Origin: Elusimicrobiota bacterium
GTDB taxonomy: Bacteria > Elusimicrobiota > Elusimicrobia > Elusimicrobiales > UBA9959
NCBI GenBank assembly: GCA_029267355.1
Contig: JAJUJA010000001.1
Location: 51,099 to 115,098, forward strand
Reading direction: 5' to 3'
DNA: 64,000 nucleotides
The notes below the pieces were generated by a model. The model saw only the letters and a list, made by a program, of their open reading frames with translations, did no database searches and was not told the DNA's origin. Positions 51,995-62,205 of this stretch are shown here, in pieces; positions within the stretch are counted from its first letter, which is position 1; each line of letters starts with the position of its first letter. The position numbers and the translations under genes are program-made.

Positions 51995-54013
51995 TTATGC
52001 GCATAAGGACTCCTGCTGTTCATAAGCATATATTTTTTCTTCCCGAAAAAGATGCCCCTTACCGCTTTTGGTAAGATCCACAACGGCATCTGCGTCCCGC
52101 GGCAGGCAGGCAAAGTCGTCAGAGCCGTACTTTTTTATCTTAAATGAGGCGAATTCATCAGGCCTGTTGGTAAAGGGGAGTATGAATTCAGGACTATAGT
52201 TCTCAATGCTTCTTGAAAAACCGAACCAGAAATCCTCCTTCAAACCGTTCTCATCGCAGAAATACGAAGAGGCGGCGGCAATGGCGTCCGGACCAAGAAC
52301 CTGAATACTTGCGCTTCTTTTCATATTTGGAGTCTCATAGACGCAATTAAAACCGGTGTCCTTGTTTTTTATCCAGCTCATCATCCTATCCGAAAGGGCA
52401 AAAGCGTTTACATCGCAGAATATCAGTTTTTCGAAATTGAAATTCAGCGCCGCAAAGGCCGAAAAAGAGTATCCCCTCCAGAAATCAGCCCGTATAAGAG
52501 GATTGTTTGAATATATTTTGTTCTCAAATGAAATCAGAGATATTTCCCTTGAAAAAATATCAGGCGAAATATTGTAATATTCAAGTTCTCTTTTTTTCTC
52601 CTTTCTGAGGACCTGAACAAAGGAATATGCAAAAATACTCTTGAAAAATTGCAGCGATTCCAAGCTTGACCCGTCATCGACCAGCAGAATATTGCTAAAT
52701 CCCATCCTCTCTTTTCTCTTAATATAATGCCTCAGCCAGAGCAGAATGTTCTCCCTGTCAGCCGAGCTGTCAAGTCTGCATAAAGCAGCCAGGAGAACTC
52801 TTCTTGCCGGCATCAAGGCTTCCTTTTTTATGCCTAAAGAATTCAGTATGAAAGTTTTGGCCGCATACAAATCATCACGCGATATAATATCAAGCGAATT
52901 ATCGGAGGACCCCTTGCAGTTTGGAGTCAAAGCGCAGGTTTCCTGTATCCTTGCGGCCTTCAAAATCTCGGCTAGTGCATACGGAGAGGACTGATTTCCT
53001 ATGAAAATTGAACTGCCTTTTATATAACTTGCCGCTTCCAGAAGGTTTTCGGTCGGCAAATAAAAAACCCTCTCCCTAAGACCGAAAGACGAGCAGAAAT
53101 TTTCATACTCTTTTTTAAGGCCTATAAAAGCTATCCTGATATTTAGCGGCAGATCCGAAAGCAGATATCTGTAATCGGCTATACTGTTTCTGTATCTGAA
53201 GCTTCTGGCCACTATTATATCTGCCGCTTTTACCGGTTTCGCCTGAGCGGCATAATTTTCATAATCCGGCTTTATGAAAAGTTTCTCGCAATTTGTCAGC
53301 GAAAGATGTTTATTTTCCATATCCTCCACCCCTTCCCTGAAAATATCAAAAAAGTAGTCCGCATCCTGCAGGCTGACCTTTTCCGATATCTTAACGTCAA
53401 AACCCTGCTCTTTCAGAAAAGGCGCAAGTATCTCTGCGCATTTGCGGTCAAACTTGGTCTCATAAAAGCCGCCAGGATGAAGTATTATTTTTTTTACATT
53501 CAATTTTTTGAAAGCGGGAATTGAATAGATTATATCGCCCATATCGCCGCCGTGACAGGCAGCGGCGCTTTGAGGCTTAGCGAAAAATCTGGACCAGAGA
53601 GTTTTAATGCAGTATGAAATAAACTCCTCTCTCAATTCTCCGGCATAAACCGCCGCCGGCGCCCGCTCAGCCGCTTTTCTTATATCCAGAACGAGATTTG
53701 TTCTTATAAGTTTCAAATTTTCAAAGCTTTTATCTTTCAGGAAAATCAAAGCGGATTTTCTGTCATTGCTTTGATACAGAACTGCATTGTCCTCAAATGA
53801 GGCCAGAATGGATAAATCGCATGGGAAAAAGCAGCCGTACACAAAAATATTCCTGCCGCCTTCCGGCGCGAAATCTCTTGCCGAAAAAGACTTGAAGTCT
53901 TCATCAATCAAATGAACTCTGCCTGATAATTGCTCAGCCGCTGTCTCCCAGGCCTTAATAAGCAATTCTTCTGCCTGCCTGCTGCAGCGGTTTTTTTGAA
54001 AAAATATGTTCAT
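51995..54013 (-). CDS. Large multidomain putative glycosyltransferase (GT9-like core + GT2-like C-terminal region)
   Basis: GGDMGDIIYSIPAFKKL and GNQSSPYALAEILKAARI resemble heptosyltransferase-fold motifs. NILLVDDGSS resembles the GT2 motif. Weak, by-eye assignment. Confidence 0.45.
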   Translation of the reverse strand: MNIFFQKNRCSRQAEELLIKAWETAAEQLSGRVHLIDEDFKSFSARDFAPEGGRNIFVYGCFFPCDLSILASFEDNAVLYQSNDRKSALIFLKDKSFENLKLIRTNLVLDIRKAAERAPAAVYAGELREEFISYCIKTLWSRFFAKPQSAAACHGGDMGDIIYSIPAFKKLNVKKIILHPGGFYETKFDRKCAEILAPFLKEQGFDVKISEKVSLQDADYFFDIFREGVEDMENKHLSLTNCEKLFIKPDYENYAAQAKPVKAADIIVARSFRYRNSIADYRYLLSDLPLNIRIAFIGLKKEYENFCSSFGLRERVFYLPTENLLEAASYIKGSSIFIGNQSSPYALAEILKAARIQETCALTPNCKGSSDNSLDIISRDDLYAAKTFILNSLGIKKEALMPARRVLLAALCRLDSSADRENILLWLRHYIKRKERMGFSNILLVDDGSSLESLQFFKSIFAYSFVQVLRKEKKRELEYYNISPDIFSREISLISFENKIYSNNPLIRADFWRGYSFSAFAALNFNFEKLIFCDVNAFALSDRMMSWIKNKDTGFNCVYETPNMKRSASIQVLGPDAIAAASSYFCDENGLKEDFWFGFSRSIENYSPEFILPFTNRPDEFASFKIKKYGSDDFACLPRDADAVVDLTKSGKGHLFREEKIYAYEQQESLCA

Positions 54014-54014
54014 A

Positions 54015-54413
54015 TCAATTCAGAGAATTTTCAGAGGCCGTTTTCCTTATGATAGAAGAAACTTCTCTCAAAGGCAGTCCGGTTTTGAGGCAGATTTCCT
54101 TCATCTTAAGGCCTTCTTTTCTCAGCCTGAGCACTTTTGCCTGCATATTCTCCTCCTTGAGCCCTTCATTAAGGAAGGAAGAAAAATCTCTGTTTTCATT
54201 TGATCTTTTAAGCTCTTTTATCTCTGCCTGAAGCTCGCCCAGCCAGAGTTCAAGCAGCTCTATTCTTTCAACAGCTGCGGCCAATTTATCCTCTTCGGTA
54301 AATACTGATTCAAGAAAGGATAAAAATCTTTTGTCGCCGGTTTTTTTGGCGTGAAAATAGTAAAAACCGAATATGCAGGATATGGACGCCAAAAATAGGA
54401 AAATGTATATCAT
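54015..54413 (-). CDS. Small membrane-anchored coiled-coil protein with C-terminal HTH-like segment (DUF2802-like)
   Basis: N-terminal TM helix IYIFLFLASISCIFGFYYF, a coiled coil, then LRKEGLKMKEICLKTGLPLREVSSIIRK. It overlaps the fliA stop. Confidence 0.45.
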   Translation of the reverse strand: MIYIFLFLASISCIFGFYYFHAKKTGDKRFLSFLESVFTEEDKLAAAVERIELLELWLGELQAEIKELKRSNENRDFSSFLNEGLKEENMQAKVLRLRKEGLKMKEICLKTGLPLREVSSIIRKTASENSLN

Positions 54414-55132
54414 ACTTTACCTCTCAAATAAGTTTTTATTTTAGACATAGCGCAAGAGAGTATCTGGCACACTCTCGACTCCCCGACATTTATTATCTGC
54501 GCTATTTCTTTCAAAGTGAGATCCTCATAAAAATAAAGGGTTACCGTCAGCCTCTCTTTTTCAGGCAAAGATTTTACGGCCTCGGAAACTATCTTTATCT
54601 TCAGCTCCCTGTCAAGATTATTCTCAGGATTTAAATGATGGGCTGAAGAAGATGGAATATCATTATCGCTCAATGAATCTTCCGGTATTATGCAGACGGG
54701 AACTATCTCCTCCATTATTTTGCAGTATTCCTCCTGAGTCAGCCCGGCTTCGTTCATTATTTCGCTTTCAGATGGCATTCTTCCGAGTTTTTCATTCAGC
54801 AGAGAAATAGTATTCTCCATTCTTTTCGCTTTTTCCCTTACGCTTCTAGGTACCCAGCTGAGAGATTGAAGGTAATTAAGTATGGACCCTCTTATCCTGT
54901 AAACCGCATAGGTCTGGAATTTCGCCTTTTTTGTTTCATCATACCTTGATAAAGCCTCCATAAGCCCCATCATGCCGACTGAAACAAGATCGTCATAATC
55001 CACAGACGGAGGAAGCTTATAGGAAAATTTTGACGCTATACTTTTAACCAGCGGTATATAGCTTTTTATCTGATTTTCCCTGTCAGATTCCCCGGCTGAA
55101 TAAGCATTTTTTATTTTTTCCACTGTTAACAT
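54410..55132 (-). CDS. fliA: Flagellar sigma factor FliA (sigma-28)
   Basis: YIPLVKSIASKF, DDLVSVGMMGLMEALSRYD, and the region 4 HTH LTLKEIAQIINVGESRVCQIL. It sits in a flagellar context. Confidence 0.9.
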   Translation of the reverse strand: MLTVEKIKNAYSAGESDRENQIKSYIPLVKSIASKFSYKLPPSVDYDDLVSVGMMGLMEALSRYDETKKAKFQTYAVYRIRGSILNYLQSLSWVPRSVREKAKRMENTISLLNEKLGRMPSESEIMNEAGLTQEEYCKIMEEIVPVCIIPEDSLSDNDIPSSSAHHLNPENNLDRELKIKIVSEAVKSLPEKERLTVTLYFYEDLTLKEIAQIINVGESRVCQILSCAMSKIKTYLRGKV

Positions 55133-55133
55133 T

Positions 55134-55784
55134 TCACCCTCCGATATCTATAACTCCGTACATCCTCTGATACTCATAAACAAGCCTGGTCACTATGGCT
55201 TCAGAAAGGTCACCTATTCTTATGTACTCCATTGATATAATGGCGCTTCCGTCCTGCAGCACTTTTTTATCCACTATTTTCGCCGACATTTCAGCCCTGT
55301 CATTTTTATTTTTAAGCTCTATAAGCGCTGTATCGTTTTCCTTGAAGGCCCGGCCGTCCTTCAAAAAAATCGACATTCCGCCGGGACTTATGCTTTCTGT
55401 AACCGCCTTTATCTCATCCCCTGAAGGCATTAAACCGTCCTCGGACCGCCACAAGGAAACCGGAATGCTGGCAAGCACCCGCAAATATCTTCTTTTTGAG
55501 TTTATGGATATCAGCTCTCCGTTAATTTCTGCGACAAAAAACGGGACATCGTCAATTACTGTCTCTTTTACGACGGCTTCAAAAAACCAGTTCCTTCGCG
55601 TCTCATCGGTCACGCTAACCGCTATCTTATCTCCGTGAGAGATATGAACAGGATTTCCGTTGCGGCTGGGCTGTATGAAGGAAACCGTTCTGCCGTCAAA
55701 ATATTTCACATAGCTCCAGAAGACTTTTTTCTCTTTAGGCAGTCTTATCTCGGCGATTGATCCCGTTTTTATGTCCAGATTCAT
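55134..55784 (-). CDS. PilZ-domain protein (YcgR-like flagellar brake candidate)
   Basis: RRYLR is an RxxxR motif and SISPGGMSI is a (D/N)xSxxG-like motif. It has an N-terminal YcgR-N-like beta domain. It lies between flgE and fliA. Confidence 0.8.
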   Translation of the reverse strand: MNLDIKTGSIAEIRLPKEKKVFWSYVKYFDGRTVSFIQPSRNGNPVHISHGDKIAVSVTDETRRNWFFEAVVKETVIDDVPFFVAEINGELISINSKRRYLRVLASIPVSLWRSEDGLMPSGDEIKAVTESISPGGMSIFLKDGRAFKENDTALIELKNKNDRAEMSAKIVDKKVLQDGSAIISMEYIRIGDLSEAIVTRLVYEYQRMYGVIDIGG

Positions 55785-55788
55785 AACT

Positions 55789-57366
55789 TTACCGTTTTAT
55801 GTTTATAAGCTCCTGCAGCAACTCATCAGAAGTGGTTATAACCTTGGCGCTGGCCTGATAGCCTCTTTGAGTCGTTATCAAATCCGTAAACTCCTTGCTC
55901 AAATCCACATTGGAAGTTTCCAGATTTCCGCTTATAAGCTGGCCTCGGCCGCCGGTTCCGCTGGTTCCTATATAGGCTACCCCGGAATTATTTGACTCGC
56001 AGAAAAAAGAGCCCTCAACTTTGCTAAGACCTGAGGGATTTGAAAATGAAGCCAGAGCGACCTGCGCCATTTTCTTTATGACCCCGTTTGAAAAAACTCC
56101 GTTTACGCAGCCGAACTGGTCTATTGAGAAATTTTTCAAATAACCGTTGGCGTATCCGTCCTGATTAGTGGCCAGCATTGAGCTGTTGGATGAAAACTGC
56201 GTAGATTTTGAGAAATCCGGCGCTATCTCTATAATTCCTATGCCTGATCCGTAATTTACCGATATCTTGTCTTGGGAAGCGCTCACAAACTTTCCTGAAG
56301 CGGAGTCATAGTTTATATATCCGCTGCCGGTCACTGTTATATCCGCGTCGGAGGAAGATGCCTGCCACATCCATTGATTGTCGCCTACTTTCGTAAAGTT
56401 CATTTTGAGATTATGAACTCCGCCGAGACTGTCATATACCTGCACAGTGTTCTCAAAAACCTGCGCCGCTTCAAATACGCCGTTCATGGATGAAGAAGCG
56501 CTGTCTCCAGCGGAAGTGACCTCAAACTTTCCGCCCGAAATGCTGCCGGCGGCCGGAGCGGCCAGCGTTACGCTTTCTCCCGAGGACAGATTTATGACTA
56601 TATCCGCTCCTGAAGACAGCACTTTTCCGTCCTTATCCAGCTTTATAACTCCGGTTGAATTTGAAACTGAGGATACAGTTGAACCGCCTGTACCTGTTGC
56701 TGAAATCTCATAAGCCCATTCATTGAAATTGCCGGTATTTCTCAGGGATATTGACACCTGGATCTGTTCGCCGCCGGCGTCAGTTACCACTATCGGCGAC
56801 GGCTGATAAGACAGCGTTCCGTTCGTTCTGGCGTCGATATTCTGCTCGAATCTTATATTTTCAGTGGACTTGGCAGGAATCGTTTTGCCTATGGGCACCT
56901 GTATGCCGGATATGGGACCGCTTATGTTTATATTGCCGTTATCATCCGCCACCCAGCCTTGAAGTATGGAGCCGTTGGCGCTGTGAACCAGATTTCCGTC
57001 CTTGTCCAGGACAAAACTGCCGGACCTTGTGTAGTAATTGTTCGAGCCGTCGGCCACCACAAAAAAGCCGTTGCCCTCAATAGCCATGTCGGTATTGGAG
57101 CCGGTATACTGAAGATTGCCCTGCGTGAATTGATTGGTTATTGAGCCCACCTTTACGCCAAGCCCTATCTGAATGGGATTTGTGCCGCCGGTTTCAGAGG
57201 TAGGAGCTGCAGCGCCCGATATTGTCTGATTAAGAAGCTCCTGAAAAACTACATCTCCTCTCTTATAGCCTATGGTATTGACATTGGCTATGTTATTGCC
57301 TATGACGTCCATTTTTAACTGATGCGTCTGTATTCCTGATACTCCAGAGTACAAAGATTTAAGCAT
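55789..57366 (-). CDS. flgE: Flagellar hook protein FlgE
   Basis: MLKSLYSGVSGIQTHQLKMDVIGNNIANVNTIGYK at the N-terminus and LITTQRGYQASAKVITTSDELLQELINIKR at the C-terminus. Confidence 0.95.
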   Translation of the reverse strand: MLKSLYSGVSGIQTHQLKMDVIGNNIANVNTIGYKRGDVVFQELLNQTISGAAAPTSETGGTNPIQIGLGVKVGSITNQFTQGNLQYTGSNTDMAIEGNGFFVVADGSNNYYTRSGSFVLDKDGNLVHSANGSILQGWVADDNGNINISGPISGIQVPIGKTIPAKSTENIRFEQNIDARTNGTLSYQPSPIVVTDAGGEQIQVSISLRNTGNFNEWAYEISATGTGGSTVSSVSNSTGVIKLDKDGKVLSSGADIVINLSSGESVTLAAPAAGSISGGKFEVTSAGDSASSSMNGVFEAAQVFENTVQVYDSLGGVHNLKMNFTKVGDNQWMWQASSSDADITVTGSGYINYDSASGKFVSASQDKISVNYGSGIGIIEIAPDFSKSTQFSSNSSMLATNQDGYANGYLKNFSIDQFGCVNGVFSNGVIKKMAQVALASFSNPSGLSKVEGSFFCESNNSGVAYIGTSGTGGRGQLISGNLETSNVDLSKEFTDLITTQRGYQASAKVITTSDELLQELINIKR

Positions 57367-57378
57367 ATATCCTCCTTT

Positions 57379-57750
57379 TTACTGGCTTATCTCTCTTAAC
57401 TGTGAAAGGTAAACCTTCTCTCCTTCCACATAAAAAGCCGGACTTTCAGAAAAGTAGTCGGCTTTTGAAACCGTCCCGGACAGCAAACTTCCGTCTTCCC
57501 TGAGTGCCTTGACATTTTTGCCCACAAGTGAGGCCGTCTGAAGATTCAGGATGCTGCTCTGATAATTCTTGATATTTTCAAGAGACTCTGTCTGGCTCAA
57601 GCGGGCCAGCTGAGCTGTCAGCTCCTGATTGTCCATTGGATTTATCGGATCCTGATTCTTAAGCTGAACTGTTAAAAGCTTAAGAAAAGACTCTTTTATC
57701 CTCGCGGGCTCCGAAGCTCTGTTCAAACTGTTCACCGGTTCCACTGTCAT
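57379..57750 (-). CDS. flgD: Flagellar hook capping/assembly protein FlgD
   Basis: FLKLLTVQLKNQDPINPMDNQELTAQLA. Confidence 0.9.
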   Translation of the reverse strand: MTVEPVNSLNRASEPARIKESFLKLLTVQLKNQDPINPMDNQELTAQLARLSQTESLENIKNYQSSILNLQTASLVGKNVKALREDGSLLSGTVSKADYFSESPAFYVEGEKVYLSQLREISQ

Positions 57751-57762
57751 TTTTTCTCCTCC

Positions 57763-58983
57763 TCAAGCGTACACATTGAGCTCTTTACCTTGAGAAATTT
57801 CATCACTTTCGCCTTCCGCATCCATTTTCTCATCCTTAATGGTAAATTTAGGCCTGAAATTTCTCTTTTTCCCGTCCTTCCCGCCGTATTCGCCTTTTTC
57901 AAAAACTTCTACGTTTCCATTATATACCCCCGTATTTTTCTCTATATTTTTTTCAAGCTCATTTTTGTTCTCCCTGAAAATATTTGCCGTGTCCTCCTTA
58001 TCGGTTTTTATTTTTATGCTTAAATTTTCCCTGCTCAATTTCATGCTTACGCTCATTTCTCCAAGGTCCTCGTCTTTTATTTCAAAGCGCGAGATATTGC
58101 CGTTTTCAAAATTTTTCAAGACGATGGGAGCCGAAGGCCTGCTTTCCTTCACATCTTCAATATTTGCCGCGCCTTCGCGTTTAATGAAGCCCAAATTTAC
58201 TTCCGGCAAACTCCTGCCACTTTCCGCGTTTTTATTTTTGTTTTCAAAAATATTTTTTTCTTTTTTGCCGGCATAATACTCGCATGAGTTAAGCGGGTTT
58301 TTAGGGCTGTTTAAAATCTGTTCCTTTTCAGCCTTATCTTTAGGCGCTTCAAAAAAGGCCGGCTCCAAAACTTCCTTTCTATTCTCAATTTTTTCCTTTT
58401 TATGCTGCTCAGGTTCTCCGGCCGGAGCTTTCTGCGTAAAATCCCTGATTGTCTCTTTCTGTATTTCTTTTAAGTTCTGATCTTTTTTCGCCTCATTTGC
58501 ATTTTTATCCGGCTCGGGCCGGAAAGATGGCTCATTGTTATTGCTTGCCGCTTGCTTTCTTTCTTCGCATTTTTCCCCATCTGCGGCAGCCAGGGTCACA
58601 GAAACCGCTTTTTCAATCTTTTTATCATCCTGAATAATCTGTATTTTAAGCGGCTCCTTGAGCTCATTGGCCTGCTGTTCCGGCTGAAAAATCTCAATTT
58701 GAGCATCTTTTTTTTCATTGTTTAACGGGGCTATCTGGGCGGTAAAAACAAAAACGGGCTCCTGCTCAGTAAAAATAAAATCGTCTTTAACTTCTTCATT
58801 TTTTTCTGTAACAGGATTGTCTGTCTGGGAAACTTCGCATTCAAAATCATTTGAGGGTCCCTGAGACATCAAAAGCATAAAATCTTCAGCAAAACCCTGA
58901 CAGGCAAATATCGCCCGCTCTGCCTGATTGAAAACGGCATCTCCGCTTATGGATTTATCAGCAGCATTAATTATTCCGGTCAT
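57763..58983 (-). CDS. fliK: FliK-like hook-length control protein
   Basis: It lies between fliJ and flgD. It has a low-complexity Lys/Glu-rich body and a C-terminal Flg_hook-like segment (FEIKDEDLGEMSVSMKLSRENLSIKIKTDKEDTANIF). Confidence 0.65.
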   Translation of the reverse strand: MTGIINAADKSISGDAVFNQAERAIFACQGFAEDFMLLMSQGPSNDFECEVSQTDNPVTEKNEEVKDDFIFTEQEPVFVFTAQIAPLNNEKKDAQIEIFQPEQQANELKEPLKIQIIQDDKKIEKAVSVTLAAADGEKCEERKQAASNNNEPSFRPEPDKNANEAKKDQNLKEIQKETIRDFTQKAPAGEPEQHKKEKIENRKEVLEPAFFEAPKDKAEKEQILNSPKNPLNSCEYYAGKKEKNIFENKNKNAESGRSLPEVNLGFIKREGAANIEDVKESRPSAPIVLKNFENGNISRFEIKDEDLGEMSVSMKLSRENLSIKIKTDKEDTANIFRENKNELEKNIEKNTGVYNGNVEVFEKGEYGGKDGKKRNFRPKFTIKDEKMDAEGESDEISQGKELNVYA

Positions 58984-59407
58984 TTATCCTCCCCCAGAAT
59001 ACATAAGATGCAAATTCGGCGTTATTTTTATCTTCCGCTCTTTTTTCTTCCCTTAAAGCCCTGCTTATCATATTCTTTTTAAATTCCTCTATTTTTTTCC
59101 TCTCCACCATGCTTTTTAATACCTTCTCTTTCTGAAGCTCTATATCTTTTTCTATTTTCCTTATGCTTTTCTCAAGCTCTCTTTCCTGGCTGTAAAGTTC
59201 ATGTATATAGTTTTTTGCGTTCATAAGATAAAATGGATCCGATTTTTTCCGGGCAAAATCCTCTTCTCTGGATATAAGAAGCCTTTTTTCAACAAGTCTG
59301 TTTATAAGCGATTCCTTCTCATTGTTTAAAGCCGCAAGAAGACAGGCTTCTTCATTTTCCCTGTTTTTTTTCATCTTAAGAAGCGTTTCAAGCCTGAATT
59401 TTTTCAT
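58967..59407 (-). CDS. fliJ: Flagellar export chaperone-escort protein FliJ
   Basis: A 146-aa coiled coil (MKKFRLETLLKMKKNRENEE...) immediately after fliI. Confidence 0.7.
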   Translation of the reverse strand: MKKFRLETLLKMKKNRENEEACLLAALNNEKESLINRLVEKRLLISREEDFARKKSDPFYLMNAKNYIHELYSQERELEKSIRKIEKDIELQKEKVLKSMVERKKIEEFKKNMISRALREEKRAEDKNNAEFASYVFWGRINDRNN

Positions 59408-60699
59408 TTAAGGCATTCCTCCAGCAATCTCAGGCTTTCCTTCATTGAGAAATTCTCCTTTATTCCCTGTTTTAAAAAGTTGTTTATCTTAGGCATAAGA
59501 TCTATCGCCCTGTCCAGCTCGCTGTTTGCTCCTCTGTTATAGGCGCCTATCTTTATCATGTCCTCGTACTGCCTGTACACGGCCATGATATCCTTCAATT
59601 TTGAAGCCATAGCCAGATGCGAAGGCGTAACTATATCGGGCATCAATCTGCTTATGCTGAAAAGCACATCTATAGCCGGATACTGATTTTTGAAAGCGAG
59701 TTCCCTTGAAAGAACTATATGTCCGTCAAGAATTCCTCTGACCGCGTCAGCTATCGGCTCATTATGGTCGTCCCCGTCCACGAGAACGCTGTATATGCCT
59801 GTTATTGACCCGTTTTTACCCTGCCCGGCTCTTTCCAGTATTTTCGGCAAAAGAGCAAATACCGACGGAGGATATCCTTTAACCGTGGGCGGCTCTCCTA
59901 TTGAAAGCCCGGCTTCTCTCTGGGCCATAGCAAATCTTGTGACGGAATCCATTATCAGCATCACTTTTTTGCCGCTATCCCTGAAGTATTCTGCTATGGC
60001 CGTGGCGGTAAAAGCGGCTTTGATTCTCAAAAGAGACGGCTGCTCTGAGGTTGAAACTACCATTACAGATTTCGCCATGCCCTCAGCCATCAGGTCCTTC
60101 TCCATAAACTCGCGCACTTCCCGGCCTCTTTCCCCGATCAAAGCGACCACATTTACGTCCGCTTTGGAATTTCTGGCTATCATGCCTACAAGCGTGCTTT
60201 TCCCCACACCGCTTCCGGCAAAAAGACCTATTCTTTGCCCTTCTCCGACGCTGAACAGCGCGTCCAGCGCCTTTACTCCCGTTTCAAGAGGCTTCTCTAT
60301 TCTTTTTCTGTATACTGGATCCGGCGGGACATTATAAACGGGATAATGGGAATCTGCCTGCAAATCGCCCTTTGAGTCTATGGGCCTGCCCAAAGCGTCA
60401 AGAACCCGGCCTATAAGTTTTTGAGAAACCCCGACTGAAAAAATTCGGCCTCTCGGATAAACCCTTGAGTCCGGTTTCAAATTGTATATATCGCCAAGCG
60501 GCATAAGAATGGCATTATCGTTTGAAAAGCCCACGACCTCGCAGGGGAAAAATCCTGAGTCTGTCCTTATGTCGCAAAGTTCGCCTATTCCGGCCGATAT
60601 CCCCTTCACCTCTATTGTCAGGCCTGTTATTTTTTTTACAAGCCCGAAGGAAGGCGTTATATCCGCATTTTTTATTCTGTTCAATATCACCTGATTCAT
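59404..60699 (-). CDS. fliI: Flagellum-specific ATPase FliI
   Basis: Walker A GLFAGSGVGKST, Walker B VMLIMDSVTR, F1/T3SS ATPase fold. Confidence 0.97.
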   Translation of the reverse strand: MNQVILNRIKNADITPSFGLVKKITGLTIEVKGISAGIGELCDIRTDSGFFPCEVVGFSNDNAILMPLGDIYNLKPDSRVYPRGRIFSVGVSQKLIGRVLDALGRPIDSKGDLQADSHYPVYNVPPDPVYRKRIEKPLETGVKALDALFSVGEGQRIGLFAGSGVGKSTLVGMIARNSKADVNVVALIGERGREVREFMEKDLMAEGMAKSVMVVSTSEQPSLLRIKAAFTATAIAEYFRDSGKKVMLIMDSVTRFAMAQREAGLSIGEPPTVKGYPPSVFALLPKILERAGQGKNGSITGIYSVLVDGDDHNEPIADAVRGILDGHIVLSRELAFKNQYPAIDVLFSISRLMPDIVTPSHLAMASKLKDIMAVYRQYEDMIKIGAYNRGANSELDRAIDLMPKINNFLKQGIKENFSMKESLRLLEECLK

Positions 60700-61253
60700 T
60701 TCCTTATCTCTTTTTTCAGTTCTTCAAGCATGGATTTCGGGCTTATATCCTTGAAGCTTTCGCCTATCTTAACCACGGCCTCGTCATCGTTTAATTGAGA
60801 AGGCAGAATTTTTCCGCCCAAATCGCCCAAAAAATTTTCTTTTTCGTTCAGGATATTAAGCCTTTTTATATTGTTATCGCTGAGATAAAGCGTGACCTTG
60901 TCTGAAAAATTATTTTTGAAAAATTCCGCAAAAAAGACGGCATACTCCTCCCTGTCCAGCTCTTTTTGCAGTATCTTTTCAGCTGCGGCAAAGGATATCT
61001 CGAGCAGATCCTTCTCAAAATTTTCCTTTATATCCCTTATCTTTCCGTCTATTCCCTCAATGGCGGCGCTTAAAGAACTGCACAAATTCTTGACATCTGC
61101 CAGAGAATCGGCATATCCTGCTGCAAATCCTTCTTCATAGGCTTTTTTTAACATTTCTTTTTTCATTTCTTCCTCTTTACTTTTGTTTTCCTTGAGGAAA
61201 TCAATGCTTTTAAATGTATCTTTGTTTCTCAGTATTGAAACGCTATTGTGCAT
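60696..61253 (-). CDS. fliH: Flagellar assembly protein FliH
   Basis: It lies between fliG and fliI. It has KAYEEGFAAGYADS. Confidence 0.8.
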   Translation of the reverse strand: MHNSVSILRNKDTFKSIDFLKENKSKEEEMKKEMLKKAYEEGFAAGYADSLADVKNLCSSLSAAIEGIDGKIRDIKENFEKDLLEISFAAAEKILQKELDREEYAVFFAEFFKNNFSDKVTLYLSDNNIKRLNILNEKENFLGDLGGKILPSQLNDDEAVVKIGESFKDISPKSMLEELKKEIRK

Positions 61254-62205
61254 TATTGGACTCCGAAATAACTTTTTTCATTGCAGCAGCAAATTTTCTT
61301 CTAGCCTCCTCAACAGCTTTCTCCGACAGGTTGGGCAAAGTCTCCATATCCTCCATAATGGATTTAGCCGCTTCCTCTGTCATGTTTTTATATATCTTCT
61401 CGCTTATATTCTGAGGCGCGCCCTTAAGGGCATAGCCCATTGTCCTCTGGTCAAGTATTCTCAAAACTTTCTGCACCTGTCTGTCTTCCATTTCAACCAC
61501 CTTGTCAAAGGTTATAAGCTTTCTGTTCACTTCTTCATAAAAAAGCGGGTCTTCCTTCTTTAAATTTTCCATTGCGGAAATCATCTGCTCCTTAGGAAGA
61601 AAACTTATTATCTCCGCAGCCTTGTCCGCCGAAGAATCCGAAACCTCCGCCGTGACTTCCTGAAAAGACTTCTTTATGTATTCAGATATTTCCATCACCG
61701 TCCTGTCGCCCATATTCCTGACGGACTTCATTTTTTTGAATATTTCCTTCCTTTTTTCTTCTTCAAAAAGGCCTGTCAGCTCCACGGCCTGTTCGGTATT
61801 GAGATTGGACACTACAAGCGCTATTATCTGGGCAGGTTCCTCTTTTATGATTTCAAACAAAGACAGCATTGAAGCGGAATTAAGGAAATTGAAAGGATTT
61901 TCCTTGTAAACTCTGTTTATTATGTTTATCGCCTTTTTCTCACCCACGGATCTTTCAAGCAGATCCTTTATTTTTTCTTTTTCTATATTGAGGGAATCAT
62001 CCTTCTTTGTCAATTTATCGTGAAACTCGCTGATTATCTTTTTACACTCCTCAGCAGGCAGGTTCTTCAGGCTGTACATTGACGAAACTATCTCCTTTAT
62101 GTGCTTTTCATCCATATACCTGAGAACTTCGGATGCAGTTTCCATCGGGACATTGCTCAGCAAAACCGCTATCTTGTCAGCCGGGCTCAGCGTCTGTTCA
62201 GGCAT
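61243..62205 (-). CDS. fliG: Flagellar motor switch protein FliG
   Basis: ADKIAVLLSNVPMETASEVLRYMDEKHIKEI and a C-terminal charged helix region (ALKGAPQNISEKIYKNMTEEAAKSIMEDME). Confidence 0.95.
   Translation of the reverse strand: MPEQTLSPADKIAVLLSNVPMETASEVLRYMDEKHIKEIVSSMYSLKNLPAEECKKIISEFHDKLTKKDDSLNIEKEKIKDLLERSVGEKKAINIINRVYKENPFNFLNSASMLSLFEIIKEEPAQIIALVVSNLNTEQAVELTGLFEEEKRKEIFKKMKSVRNMGDRTVMEISEYIKKSFQEVTAEVSDSSADKAAEIISFLPKEQMISAMENLKKEDPLFYEEVNRKLITFDKVVEMEDRQVQKVLRILDQRTMGYALKGAPQNISEKIYKNMTEEAAKSIMEDMETLPNLSEKAVEEARRKFAAAMKKVISESNNAQ

Noticed and set aside
54015-54413. The possibility that the small gene after fliA is the anti-sigma-28 factor FlgM.
   Set aside because: The protein has an N-terminal TM helix and an HTH-like C-terminus instead of the disordered FlgM with its C-terminal sigma-28-binding helices. 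It is called DUF2802-like/unknown instead.
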